Under the pieces are notes generated by a model, which did not search any database, was not told the origin of the DNA, and worked only from the letters and a program-made list of their open reading frames with translations. From Octopus sinensis (Eukaryota), in NCBI RefSeq assembly GCF_006345805.1, contig NC_043008.1, forward strand, positions 21,700,001 to 21,764,000: DNA of 64,000 nucleotides. Reading direction: 5' to 3'. Shown piece after piece: positions 25,966-38,878 of the stretch. The translations under genes and the position numbers were made by a program. Position 1 is the stretch's first letter. Each line of letters opens with the position of its first letter.

Positions 25966-27098
25966 GTTTATGAAGACTGTATTTACATATAAAATTGTAT
26001 TTTAGCTGCAAACTAAATTATTTTTGAAAGCTCTATCGTTTGATCTTAGGAATCGTAAGAATAATGAGGAAAGAAGAGAAAAATATCTGAACATCCACAC
26101 ACATACGTGTGTGTGTGTGTGGTGTGTGTGTGTGTGTGTGTGTGCATGTGTATGTGTTCGTGTGTGTACATATATCTTCAGAGAAAAGTGCAGATAAATT
26201 AATGAGTGAGGAGAATTCTAACATATAGCGAAGATGTGAGTAATAAATGAATATATATATTTCGTATATATATTATGAACATAAAAATAAACGTTAATAT
26301 TTAGAATGACAAAGCTACTTACAAGATTTACTTGAAAAATTCATAATATTCATATCGATGGAATATTTGGAGATGTGGCGTTGGTAGAATCGTTAGCACA
26401 CCGGGCAACTACTTCTCACCATTTTGTCCGTCTTTACGTCTCGAGTTCAAAATCCGACCGGATCGACTTTGCCTTTCATCCTTTCAGTATCGATAGAATA
26501 AGTACCAGTTGAATACTGGTGGTCGATTTAATCGACTTACATCCTCCCCAAATTGTTGGACTGGTTCGAAAATTCGAAAACGATATTATTAGTACATTTA
26601 AGGCAAAATGCTTAGCAGTATTTCATCTCCCTTTATATCTCGTGTTGAAATTTAACCGAAGTCAGCTTTGCCTTTTATCCTTTCGGGGTCGATAAAATGA
26701 CCATTGGGGTCTATAATAATCTACTTACCCAACTCTTAGAATTGCTGGAAATGAGCCAAAATTTAAAATCAAAATTATTTCTCTCAGGCTGATTTTTCTT
26801 TTTTTTTTCTTTTTAGAAAGAGAACAGGTTTTCGTTTGACGACAGGGTGTGACGATCAAATGCATAACCTTTATCCTTTAAATTCCATACGTTATATTTC
26901 ATACTTGTATGTTTCTTGCTTTTAGCCATCTTAAATTACTTTCTGTTTTATTTACAAATCCATTCCTTTTCTAGATGATATTTTACTGCATCGAAACTCT
27001 TTGAAGAGACAAAACTAACTATTTCTTTGTTCTTTGTTCTAGTTCAACTGTACTGAATATTCTACAACTCAGTATTACATCAATATTAATAATGGTTA

Positions 27099-27330
27099 TG
27101 GCGGCGAGCTGGTAGAGTCGTTAGCACGCCGGGCGAAATTCTTAGCGGTATTTCGTCTGTTGCTACGTTCTGAGTTCAAATTCCGCCGAGGTCGACTTTG
27201 CTTTTCATCCTTTCGGGTTCGATAAATTAAGTACCAGTTACGCACTGGGATCGATGTAATCGACTTAATCCGTTTGTCTGATCTTGTTTGTCCCTTCTAT
27301 GTTTAGCCCCTTGTGGGTAGTAAAAGAAAG
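27099..27330 (+). mobile_element. SINE family A, full length
   Basis: Close match to the other family A copies. Confidence 0.9.
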
Positions 27331-27540
27331 AGGTATGGTTAGATATTTTCATATCACGAAAGCAACATGTAAGAAAGACGCCATAATTCACCGGCAGAAT
27401 TCATATAATACGACCCACTGTATATTGATGTTGTTTGTCTTCCCAATGATTATTATGCATTTCCTATGTATATATAATGCACACGCGCGCACACATAAAC
27501 ACGCGCACGCACAAATCTTCTTGTGAGGTATTTTAATTAG

Positions 27541-28306
27541 GGATGAAAGGCAAAGTCGACCTCAGCGGAATTTGAACTCACAACGTAACGGCAGACGAAA
27601 TACCGCTAAGCATTTCGCCCGGCGTATTAACGACTCTGTCAGCTCGCTGTCTTTCAAAGAATTCACTTTCACCGGGCAACATCTTCGTCTATTTTGTCTA
27701 AAATCTCCATTTTGGTATTTATGGCAAAGTTTCATTACTACTGTCTCTTTCTTTTTATCCCCTATTTACTTTTCTCTCCCGCTTTTTCTTTCTTTCTCCT
27801 TCAAACATTGTTTCTGTGTTATGATAATGATCTATCTTAATTTTTCTTTTTGTATTGACTCCCTTATTTCTTTACTACCCACAAGGGGCTAAACATAGAG
27901 GGGACAAACGAGGACAGACAAACGGATTAAGTCGATTACATCGACCCCCAGTGCGTAACTGGTACTTAATTTATCGACCCCGAAAGGATGAAAGGCAAAG
28001 TCGACCTCAGCGGAATTTGAACTCAGAACGTAACGGCAGATGAAATACCGCTAAGCATTTCGCCCGGCGTACTAACGACTCTGCCAGCTCGCTGTCTTCC
28101 AAAGAATTCACTTCCACCGGGCAACATCTTCGTCTATTTTGTCTAAAATCTCTATTTTGGTATTTATGGCAAAGTTTTCTTACTACTGTCTCTTTATTTT
28201 TACCCCCTATATACTTTTCTCTCCTGCTTTTTCTTTCTCCTTCAAACATTGTTTCTGTGTTATGATAATGATCTATCTTAATTTTTCTTCTTGTATTGAC
28301 TCCCGT
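27541..28306. repeat. Tandem direct duplication (partial SINE plus ~215 bp unique DNA), period ~446 bp
   Basis: 27541-27865 is similar to 27987-28306. Confidence 0.9.
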
Positions 28307-30012
28307 TTCTCTGTTCTGCTTCGCTTTTATTTTCTTCATAAGGTAACGCTGATCGTTCCTTTTAGGACGTAATTTTCTTCCTTCTCTCCTTGTCATATAT
28401 TCCAATCAATAACTAATAGGTAAATATTGTACTTGAAATAAAAAAAAACTCTTTATTAAAATACTGAAAAACAATTCAACATACAAAACGATCCGCAATA
28501 CATTTCATAATTCACACATTTATAGTAAATTTATTTACAATGTTCAGGACTTGACCAGTCGTCGGAAAATATAGACAGATGGGGAGCGAGGTCGAAAATG
28601 TCGAACCAGAAAACAAAAAATTACAATTTTAAAAAAGAAACAGATAAAGAGAGAGGCATAGAAGACAAGCAACAAACCAATACTAACACGCAGCAAAAGT
28701 AAAGGGAGAAAGTGGTAAAGGAAAGAGAGGCACAATTGCAAGAGAACTTTACCATGATAGTTGTTAACTTTACACAGGATCTCCGAAGTACCACTGAATG
28801 TTTTGCATCGGAACTTCATGAAATAATTTCATACCACGAAAGATCCCATGGCTAACAAATTTTATCTGAAACATCCTTACCATAACTTATATTGATTTCT
28901 TATAAATGCTTGTCATTATAGCTATGAATAAGGCGTTTTTATACCGAAATAGCTGCATATGTTATTTGCCAGCAGCATATAAAATTTACTGTACAGATTT
29001 GATAATAATTATTAATTTCATTATGTTAATCATAATTCTAATAATGCTCTCCCAGAGGAGATGCCAAATTTATCTTCCGGTCCGTTTAATTTGAATTAAA
29101 GAACATATATATGTTACATACAGTCACATTGGTTCCTTGAGTCACTACTACTTATCCGCTTTCAGAGTTTACTATCAGTATTTCACATTTCAAATCATGC
29201 AGGAAAAAATTCTCGTTTAGTTAACCTGCACATATGAATAACAAGATGGCAAAAGCACAATATTAACATACTGTCATTCATCTCTTCAAACCACAGTTTT
29301 AATTCACTTCTAATGAATACTTACAAACATCATTATCTATATCTTGAGAGCACAAACATAAAATTAAATTTACTTTTTTTCTTATATATAATTAACATAC
29401 CATTATCAGTAACGCGAGATGTTCTCCTTCTGAATAATAGGATAAAAGCAACACTTATGTGTCAATATTACACTGTTATTATCAGAAAACATACTTTGAA
29501 CACTACTTATATATAAAATTCTTATACTAAATTAAAGTTCCTTGTAATTCATATGGTTACTATTTGTATGTTTAATAATCTCTTGATATTATAAAGCAAC
29601 CTCTTGCTTTTCTTTTTTCTTTACATCTTAGCAATATCTGTCAGGTTTATGTTTGATGATTCTTGTTTAATATAGAAATATACAACCAGATTCTTAATCA
29701 TAAACAATCTGATTATTGTTGGGTAAGGCTAACAGGATTCATATTAAATTTGTATCTGAATCCATGTTAAGACCCTTCCCTACAATTCTCTTCAGCGAGA
29801 ACACACTATTTCTCGGCGGCTGGCTTTTATAATGCAATTCTGTCAATCGCATTACAAATCAAAAAACAGCAATATATGTGTGTGTGTGTATGTGTGTGTA
29901 TACATATGTATAACAAACGATGGATAGGTGTCGATTCACTACAGCTGTTTCCAACGAATCTTTATATCATTATAAAAAACTGTTTTCTTCAGATGAATAC
30001 ATGAAACACAGT

Positions 30013-30103
30013 ACTAGGAACATTTAAAAACATTTAAAATCCACGGCATGTTCATATTTTATGAACATGCCGCGGATTTTAAATGCTCTTAAATGTTCCT
30101 AGT
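30013..30103. repeat. 91-bp hairpin (43-bp arms)
   Basis: actaggaacatttaa...catgttcat, loop atttt, atgaacatg...ttaaatgttcctagt; 3 mismatches. Confidence 0.9.
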
Positions 30104-30606
30104 AGTCTCCCATAAAAAAATCTTCCATAAACGGACTTGTGCCTCGCAGGGGAACTTTCTAGGTGCAATCCCATGGTTATTCATGACCGAAGGGGGTTTT
30201 TACTCTTTTGAAGTTGACTTCAATCTAATAAACCTCACCAGGCTCTTTCTTTATTATCCTTTTCCTTCTTACACACCATCATCACCAATCTTTTAGCCAA
30301 CCTTTTAAATGATCTATTCGTTTAATCTGCTTCTTGACCTTTAAATTTATAGCTTCTTTACCAGCTGTTCATTCCATCTTCTACGCGCTACTCTTTGCTA
30401 AAACATTCCTCCCCATATAAATATAAATGTATATATATATATATATCTACAATGTAAATGTATTTCTATTTCTATGTCTTGTTATATTTGTACTATATTA
30501 ATGTATAATATCATTGCTATTGTGTAATGGTTTAATAAAGTATTGATTGGGTATTATCAGATGGTTGATGATTGATTTAGATATATTTCTCCATTTTCTC
30601 ATTTTG

Positions 30607-30637
<31 letters not shown>

Positions 30638-30971
30638 CTTTATAAATAAGGGTAATATCGATATTTAAATCTCGATATTATCAAGTGGCCAGCATGGGAA
30701 AAATACCATACAAAGGTAATAATTTTTTACAACTAAAAATAAGGGTGTCTGGGAGATACCACCATGCCAAAATAGCAGTCAAAACCCTGACTCTAAAAAC
30801 CACGTTAAATGTTCATATCGTACCATGAGATAAGACAGAGGGACAAAATAGACTAGCAAAAAATATTATTGAATAATTCAAGATCCATGATTTCTAGCTT
30901 TGATTTAAATAACATTTGCCGTCATCGGTTGAATATATCAAAGTACATAAATACAGATATATATATATTTA

Positions 30972-32070
30972 CCGGTAGAAATACCCGGCGTTGCCCGGGT
31001 TTAAGAAAATAATAAAATTTAAAAACGCTTAATAGATTACGTAAGTCTCAACTGCTAGTGGCACAGTGCAGGCGTCTCTCCAGGCCACTTCCTTTCTTTA
31101 CAATGTATGCACTCAGTTGTCATTGTCCCAATGGAAACTCTTGTGTTATCTGCATAATGAACTGCTGGATCATAATTGAAAGCTGTTTCATGACTTTGCT
31201 TTTCTGAGCTGTTGTAACTGCTCTTCGGTCTGCAGTGAAGATCCTATTCCTTGTCAGCCGTACATACCTCTGTTCATCACTTTGAGATGCTCTGGCTTTT
31301 GTAGTGCCTAGTCCGTTCGTTTCTTGGTGTGCTTCCCTTTCTGCAGCTGTCTCTCTTTTCCTGGACAGAGACATTTTTTTGGCTGACCTTGACATTGTAG
31401 ACAAATTTGACACTTTCCTTCTAGGCATGGTTATATACACGGGGGCAGAAGATAATAAACAATGAAAATAATTTGATAACGGAAATTATGTTTCTTTATA
31501 CGACCGGCAGAATGTAAATAAGAAATTTTTACGGAAAATAAAGAACTGTACGGTTTGGAGCAAAATTTCTCACTCAATGAATCAAAGAGCCAGTATCGAA
31601 GTAACCAGAAAAAAACCCCATCAACAATAGAAAAACAGGATCTAGTTAAATTGAATCACAAAATTATCCCCCTTTAATTTTGCTCAAATTGCTTTCAATT
31701 TAGGTGTATCGATGCAACTCTGAATTTTTATTACGATCAACCAATTACTTTATCTCGTAAATTAAAGAATCTGATGTTACTTGGAATTCAAGTTGGGAAA
31801 ATTTGGGTAATTTTAGCCAATCAACAGACAGCGAGATATTAACAGCCTGTTACCATGACAACTGCACGTTGTGTTGTGTTTCACTTCACTCCCACGTTGT
31901 GTTGTGTTTATTCTTCACACCACGATATTTGCTTCACCCGCGTGTTTTGTTTTAATAAAAATTTATATTTATCAATTTATTGTAGATACTTTGTTGTAAA
32001 TACTTTTCTACAATTGTCTTAATATTTTACATATTATACATGTATTTTTCATATATATTTTATATATATT
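30972..32070 (-). mobile_element. Internally deleted Helitron retaining the RepHel N-terminus
   Basis: Minus strand encodes AFNYDPAVHYADNTRVSIGTMTTECIHCKERKWPGETP (Helitron N-terminal CxxC motif) after a frameshift; 3' hairpin cccgggcaacgccggg. Confidence 0.85.
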
Positions 32071-32509
32071 TCGTGAAGGTTTGCTGTGTTTGCAGTCGTT
32101 GCAACGAATGCCTTTCAGTTCAAACCCAGGTCAGGCCGGAATAAGCCATTCTGTGTTTTAATTAAAAATGTAGGACAACATTATTTAATTTATCCTTCAT
32201 TTTTAAATGTTGGAACACAGTGTGAGAGAGATTTGGCTGTTGTTTCTAGAGAATTGAACAACCACAGAGAGATTACCTCATTGACTCATTTGCTGATAAT
32301 TATAAGTAAACAAAAACTAAAGGAAATGGATCTTCATCTGTTTCTAGAATGATCATTCCTGATGTATAAGCAACTGATCTCATTACACATTCAACTGGTA
32401 CTTATTTTATCGACCCTCAAAGGATGAAAGGCAAAGGTAACATAGGTAGAATTTGAACTCAGAATGTAAAACAATGTGCACAGATCTTTGGAACAATTCA
32501 GAATGATCT

Positions 32510-33120
32510 GCTTACGTTGAGCTATTTTACATTTTTTTCCAATTGGGAAGAGCTGTCAGTATCTGTTCATGTGTCTGACTTGTTTGAGCTAATCGACGTG
32601 TAGCTAGGTGACCATGTTAAAGAATTTTGGGATTCATTGTACTTGTTCCAAGATTTTCGCAGACTCTTTCTGTGTATACTGTTAGACACTTTAGTTGTTG
32701 GCATCCTTTTGTTTCGGGAGACAATGGAGTTGCGTATAAACTAATCCAGTCTGGTTTTTACATTTCATGTCCTCTCCCCTTTTGCGCAGACCTGGACTAG
32801 ATGTAAGAAAATCCTGGGTAGCCCAATCGTCAGGATTCCTCTCTCAACCTTGCTGACGTAGTCCAAAGGAGTGCAGAGCATTACGTTTGGCACCAGCTTG
32901 GTTGCAGGAGCTGCCGAAAGAGTGTCGAATAGAACACCAAACCGCCTACAAAGCTCCACTCCGGATTTTTTTGGAGGTTGTCTCCTTTCCGTAACCCTGG
33001 ATAGGGGCCGATACCGGGTACTGTCAGCCAAAGCCAGCTGAGCCCTGAACTCGTGTCAGGCAGGGTCGTCACACCCTGAAGTAGTGAAGAAAATCGCTAC
33101 CCATTACTTAAGACACTTTA
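32510..33120 (-). mobile_element. RTE-like LINE 5' region (5' UTR and decayed ORF start)
   Basis: GC-rich block cggcagctcctgcaaccaagctggtgccaaacgtaatgctc...gattgggctaccc resembles RTE 5' UTRs; recognised by recall only. Confidence 0.5.
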
Positions 33121-33799
33121 GTAACGTCTTAAAATATGATGTATGGTTCCTTGCTCCGTTCCTACATTTTATGACAATGAAGGTTCTAGTTGATCTCATC
33201 AACAGAACAGCCTGCTCATGAACGTAATGTGCAAGTGGCTGAGTACTCCAGACGCACGTACCTATAACGTAGTTCTCAGTGCGTTGCAGCGTGACACAAA
33301 AGATGCCAAAGCTGGCCCTTTAAATTACAGGTACAACTAAGTTTTGTCCGCTGAGTGAACTGGGGCAGCGGGAAATGAAATGACTTCCTCAAACATACAA
33401 AGCGCCGCCGTAAATCGAACTTACGTCCTTACATACGCTAGCCGAATACCCAAACCACTAATCCACGCGACTTCAGGAAATGAATAAATGAAAATGGAGC
33501 ACTATGCTTATTATTACATATGCATATAAAAGACGTGTATATAAGATATGTCTATAAGGTATATTAAATATGCATCAATGAAACCAGAAATCATGTATGG
33601 AACACATGTAGATAATATCAACATCTAACTCACATATGACTTCAATCTATACAAATGCGTTTATACCAATGCTTTGTTGGTATCGTATTTATGCATAGTC
33701 ATCAATCTTGTCTCTTTGACTTTTTTTATTCCTATATAATGAGATACATACATATATGCATACATGCATACATACATCATACATACATACATACATACA

Positions 33800-33830
<31 letters not shown>

Positions 33831-34898
33831 GTGTGTGTATGTACATACATATGCATTTATATGAATACATGAATATACGTGTACACAGGTACACACATAT
33901 TCCTGTATATACATGCATATCTTTTCAAAAATTTATATATATATAAATATATTTGAGCATGTATACCTATCCATGAATATATATACACATGCACATATAG
34001 TTCTGAGCACTACATGCATGTATGTACATATATGTATATGTATCATATTTACATATGTAACTTTATATATTTGTAAATATATGTATATATATATATACAT
34101 CTATACATATGTATAATTTACATATGTAATGTATAATTTACATATGTAATGTATAGATGTTTTGTATATATATATATATATATATATATATGAATACAAA
34201 TATTTATTCATTGATATTTATATGATGCATATGTTTATATACATACGTATCAGGTTTATAAATGTAACGTATGATATTTATATGTGTACATATGTGTGTG
34301 TATTTGTAAATACACAATGGTATATTCCCCATGCTTTGTAACAGACACATACATGCATACGTATGTCCATGTTTGTGTGTGTATGTTGGTGAGTGTATGC
34401 GTACATGCAAACACTTATTAATTTATCTAGAAGAAGATACTTTTGTCACACAATACGCACCAGAATATTCCAACACACACACTCACTCACGCATATACTC
34501 ACACATATATACACAACAAATAAAGTAAGACATACCTATCGTACCACACGAGTATCACAGTTACCTATGCACTTCGCACATCGATACAGGCACACAAGTT
34601 ACAGTAACACCTATACACGCTTTAGAAGTACTTTCATTGCTTTACGTGATAAAGATATCCTTAATCAGATTTGTAGTAAATGTTCTGAGCACTATCAAAC
34701 CTAGTCAACGCATTAGAACCAGCCGAAATTCGCTTGTTGTTTACTCTGATCAGCTACTTCAAAACTAATATGATACGTGTATTCGTGTTTGTGTGTATAG
34801 ACACACACACACACACACACACACAACGCACGCACACACCACACACACACACCACACAACCCACACACACACACACACCACACACGCACACACACACG

Positions 34899-34930
<32 letters not shown>

Positions 34931-34936
34931 CACACG

Positions 34937-34967
<31 letters not shown>

Positions 34968-35014
34968 CTACACATACATAGACACAAATGCGCACGCACG
35001 TATATATATGACCT

Positions 35015-35220
35015 CGTGTGTACCGTTGGCGATTTTTTTTCTTCTGTCTTCCCTTCCCTGGATATTTCCTTCTCCTATGTTTCCGACGAAGAGCTCCGCT
35101 CGAAACGTTAAACCCTCCTTCTTTCCTTCTTTCCAGAGCGTCCAACAATACTATATTTGTTCCACGTCCTCGTGTTGTTGTGTTTTTTTTATTGTGCTTT
35201 CTTGTTTGGATTAACTTTAT
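35015..35220 (+). mobile_element. Short Penelope-like element with hammerhead motif
   Basis: Pyrimidine-rich body with a central GAAGAGC...GCTCGAAACGTT motif; (TA)n flanks. Confidence 0.65.
35079..35113 (+). ncRNA. Minimal type I hammerhead ribozyme motif
   Basis: GTTT-CCGACGA-A-GAGC(TCC)GCTC-GAAAC-GTT-AAAC; core matches CUGANGA except U4C; palindromic ACGU stem III. Confidence 0.65.
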
Positions 35221-35304
35221 ATATTATATATTATATATACGTTTAAATATTTGTTGTGCAAGATTTTTTATTGCTAAACTGGCAAAATGACCATTCCGAA
35301 ATAT

Positions 35305-35348
<44 letters not shown>

Positions 35349-35349
35349 A

Positions 35350-35550
35350 TAATATAGGGAGAATTCACAAAAAAGCAAAAGTCGAAGGTAGGTAGTGTAG
35401 AAACAAACAGATATATTAGTATAACGCTCGGGAATTGAAAAAGTCTTTAACGTTTCGGGCCTTCGCTCTTCCACGGAAAGGAACACACAAAGAAACAAAG
35501 AGAGAAACAAGTAGAGAAAAATGTGTGTAGTGGCAAGCGATCTATCATGG
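35350..35550 (-). mobile_element. Short Penelope-like element with degenerate hammerhead motif (35445-35480)
   Basis: Minus strand CTTT-CCGTGGA-A-GAGC(GAAG)GCCC-GAAAC-GTT-AAAG. Confidence 0.6.
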
Positions 35551-35919
35551 CGAATATATATGCATGTGTATATACATTCATGGATAGGTATGCATGCACA
35601 CATATATATATATAAATTTATAAAAAGATATGCATGTATATACAGGATTATGTGTGTGTGTACACGTATATTAGATATATGTGTCTACGTCCACACACAT
35701 TTACAAATACTTTGATAGACACACATACGCATAAAAATAAAACGGTATACTTCTGTTGATTTTACCAACCGGTTTCCTACAGAGAGGTCGGTAGAAAGCG
35801 TATGGGAACAATATGTCTGAAAACATATCATTGAGCTATGAATGGTCTTTTCGCAAGCGTTTTCTCGTCGTAATGCTTCATTCGCTACAAAAATGGAATC
35901 AATCCCTTACAGCCTGTTC

Positions 35920-35996
<77 letters not shown>

Positions 35997-36289
35997 AACA
36001 ATTTACATTTAGATATAACTGGGGTACTTATGTGTACACATTACTCTTACTTCTGCTTGTAAGTATTTCATTTATTTCTTATCGTATTTTCTACTGAAGA
36101 GGGAAAAATCCATAGGATTAATCCCGAAATTGATTCAATATAGAAATAACGAATTAAAAAAAATTCTGTTAGCTTGCTTTCCTCGATTTCAGCACGACGT
36201 GTATTTAAAGTGAATGTATATTGTAATGTGGTGTTCTCAGCATATTGGCATAGAAATATTTTTTCTTTGCTCTTGTTTATAAATTGTTT

Positions 36290-37970
36290 ATAATTTTCAC
36301 CTTAAAAAGTATTTTGATATGCTGCGACTTTTGATGAAATTTTTTCCGGAAATGTTGTTATCCTATATTAATAGTAAATATATATATATAACAACAGCAT
36401 ATAACATATAGTTTTTATGTGCTAAGATTGATCAACCTGAAATTATGTAGCCGGAGGTGCAGAAAACAGTGTTATATGAAATATGTGTGGCCATTCATAT
36501 TTCGAACGCGATGATATTCTCGGGAGTATTTCCACAAGGAAAGGTTTTCCAATGTCCGAGAGTAAATGAACGTGTTAAATATAATGTGTGCGCGTGCGCG
36601 CACACACACACACACACGCACGCACACACACACATACACATATATATAAGTGAGAGATATGGCCCTTCTCTTTGTCTCATAGTATTTAGTTATGTCCCGT
36701 TTTACATTCTTAATTCACTTCCTACATAGGATCGTTTTCCTTTTAATTATTTTGATGTCGCTAAATATGTACCAGTTACATATTGGGATTAATTTATTGG
36801 ACTATCCCCTAACCACCTTTAACTTTCCTTTTGGACAGAGGGAAAATTCCAAGAGTGAAGACTTTCTAGGATGAAGGATTTGGTGTAGCAGTGTGTGTGT
36901 GTGTAGGGCCTGGTTATGAAACGTAATATGGGTGATGAGATGACAAAAAACGAACGTGTCAGTTGTTCTTAGAAGAATTGTTACTTCTAAGCGGACTTCA
37001 GACAGCTCAGAGGAGTCTAGTTGAAGGAATAGAGTTTAATATATAAGTGGTAATAAAGCAGTAAGCTGGTGGAAACTGTAGTGCGCCGGACAAAAACATT
37101 AGTGGCATTTCGTCCGTCTTTTCGTTCTGAGTTCAAATTTCGCTGAGGGTGACTTTACCTATTCAGCCTTTCGGAGGGTCGATAAAATAAGTACAAGTTG
37201 AGCGGTCGATGTAATCAACTAGATCTTATTCCAAAATTGCTGGCCTTGTACCGAAATTTGAAGCCAATATATAACTGGCGTTTGTTTTATGAACTTAGGG
37301 GAGTTAGAAGGCGTTTATGGTGTGTCAATAATAGGTCAGACACTTTTTCTTTTTTCCTGCTACATTTTCCTGCTAGTCCCAGATACCACTGAAATGACGT
37401 GAATGTCTGCTTTGATTGAACTTGACCAAAAGCTGTCTAGAACAACATATAGGTTATGTTCCCAATTTAAATATTTTATATAATGTAGCATTTGTGTCTA
37501 CGTAAACCAATATTTATATTGTAACAGTAAAATATGAATCGATGAAATTCTGGGTGGATATTCTTACAGTGGAGGCTGAGGTTCCCAAGTGGAAAATGAG
37601 TCATTGTTCACGATGTTGCCGTGTTTCCCCATCACATTGAAGTTTCAGTACACCAGAGACAGCAATACTACTCCAATGTTGTATTGCAAGAAAAGTTCAA
37701 TATAGTTTCTCATCTTCCTAACTTTTCTCTATTTCTCTCTTTTTTTTGTTGCATAACTTCTATTGTGTCTATATAGATATTTGGAGATGCGAGTTGCTAA
37801 GTGAACATCTGTGTAGCTGTGCCATAGTTGCAGTTTAAAAATAAAAACCATTGCATGACTCTCTTTTTATAGATTACAACAAAGAGCTTTTCGTATATTG
37901 CCAAGGAAAACTAACGCTAATAAAGCCTATTTTTCTTCCTGCCGTTAGCAGTCAAGAAATCTCAGGTAAA
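36290..37970 (+). repeat. Source segment (blocks A 36290-37368 and B 37373-37970) of a local inverted duplication
   Basis: Near-identical reverse-complement copies at 38879-39849 and 39870-40468. Confidence 0.95.
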
Positions 37971-38454
37971 GGGTAATGACTCGAAACAACTGAAACGTCA
38001 CAACATATGCGTGTCAGAGTTGATGAGACACTCAACTAAGCTAATTGTTTTTTAAAGCCCATGATTTAGGTTCGCTTTCTCGATGGTAAAGGGTTTTTGG
38101 GTCGGTCTGATAGTAAATTGTTATTGAAAGATAATATAATTTACTGTTTTAAGGGTCGTTAACGTCGGATGAAAAGCTAACTGAGCAGTTACAACGACAT
38201 TTTAACGAGATTTAGCTTCATCAGGGTCATATGTGAAGGTCAACCCTACGAACACTTGAGATCCAGAGGGGGAAGAGTAGTACTTTATTGCAAGGTCCAT
38301 TAACAATCCGTTGCTGTCATCAATTAAGTTGCCTAAACCTGTCATTAATCTCTGCTAGCACTATACTGGAATCGAATAAAACGGCAATATTTTAAAATAA
38401 ACACGTACACACACACACATACACAAACACCGACACGTACAAATATATACACGA

Positions 38455-38865
38455 GATATTATATATACTCTACTTTTTTACTTGTTTCAGTCATTTGACT
38501 GCGGTCATGCTGGAGCACCGCCTTTAATCGAGCAACACGACCTCGGGACTTATTCTTTGTAAGCCCAGTACTTATTCTATCGGTCTTTTTTGCCGAACCA
38601 CTAAGTGACGGGGACATAAACACACTAGCATCGGTTGTCAAGCGATGTTGGGGGGACAAGCAGAGACATACAAACATACACGCACATATATATATACATA
38701 TATACGACGGGCTTCTTTCAGTTTCCGTCTACCAAATCCACTCACAAGGCTTTGGTCGGCCCGAGGCTATAGTAGAAGACACTTGCCCAAGGTGCCATGC
38801 AGTGGGACTGAACTCGGAACCATGTGGCTGGTAAACAAGCTACTTACCACACAGCTACTCCTGCA
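38455..38865 (-). mobile_element. SINE family B, full length
   Basis: Reverse complement of the family B pattern. Confidence 0.9.
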
Positions 38866-38878
38866 TATATCTTAAGCA

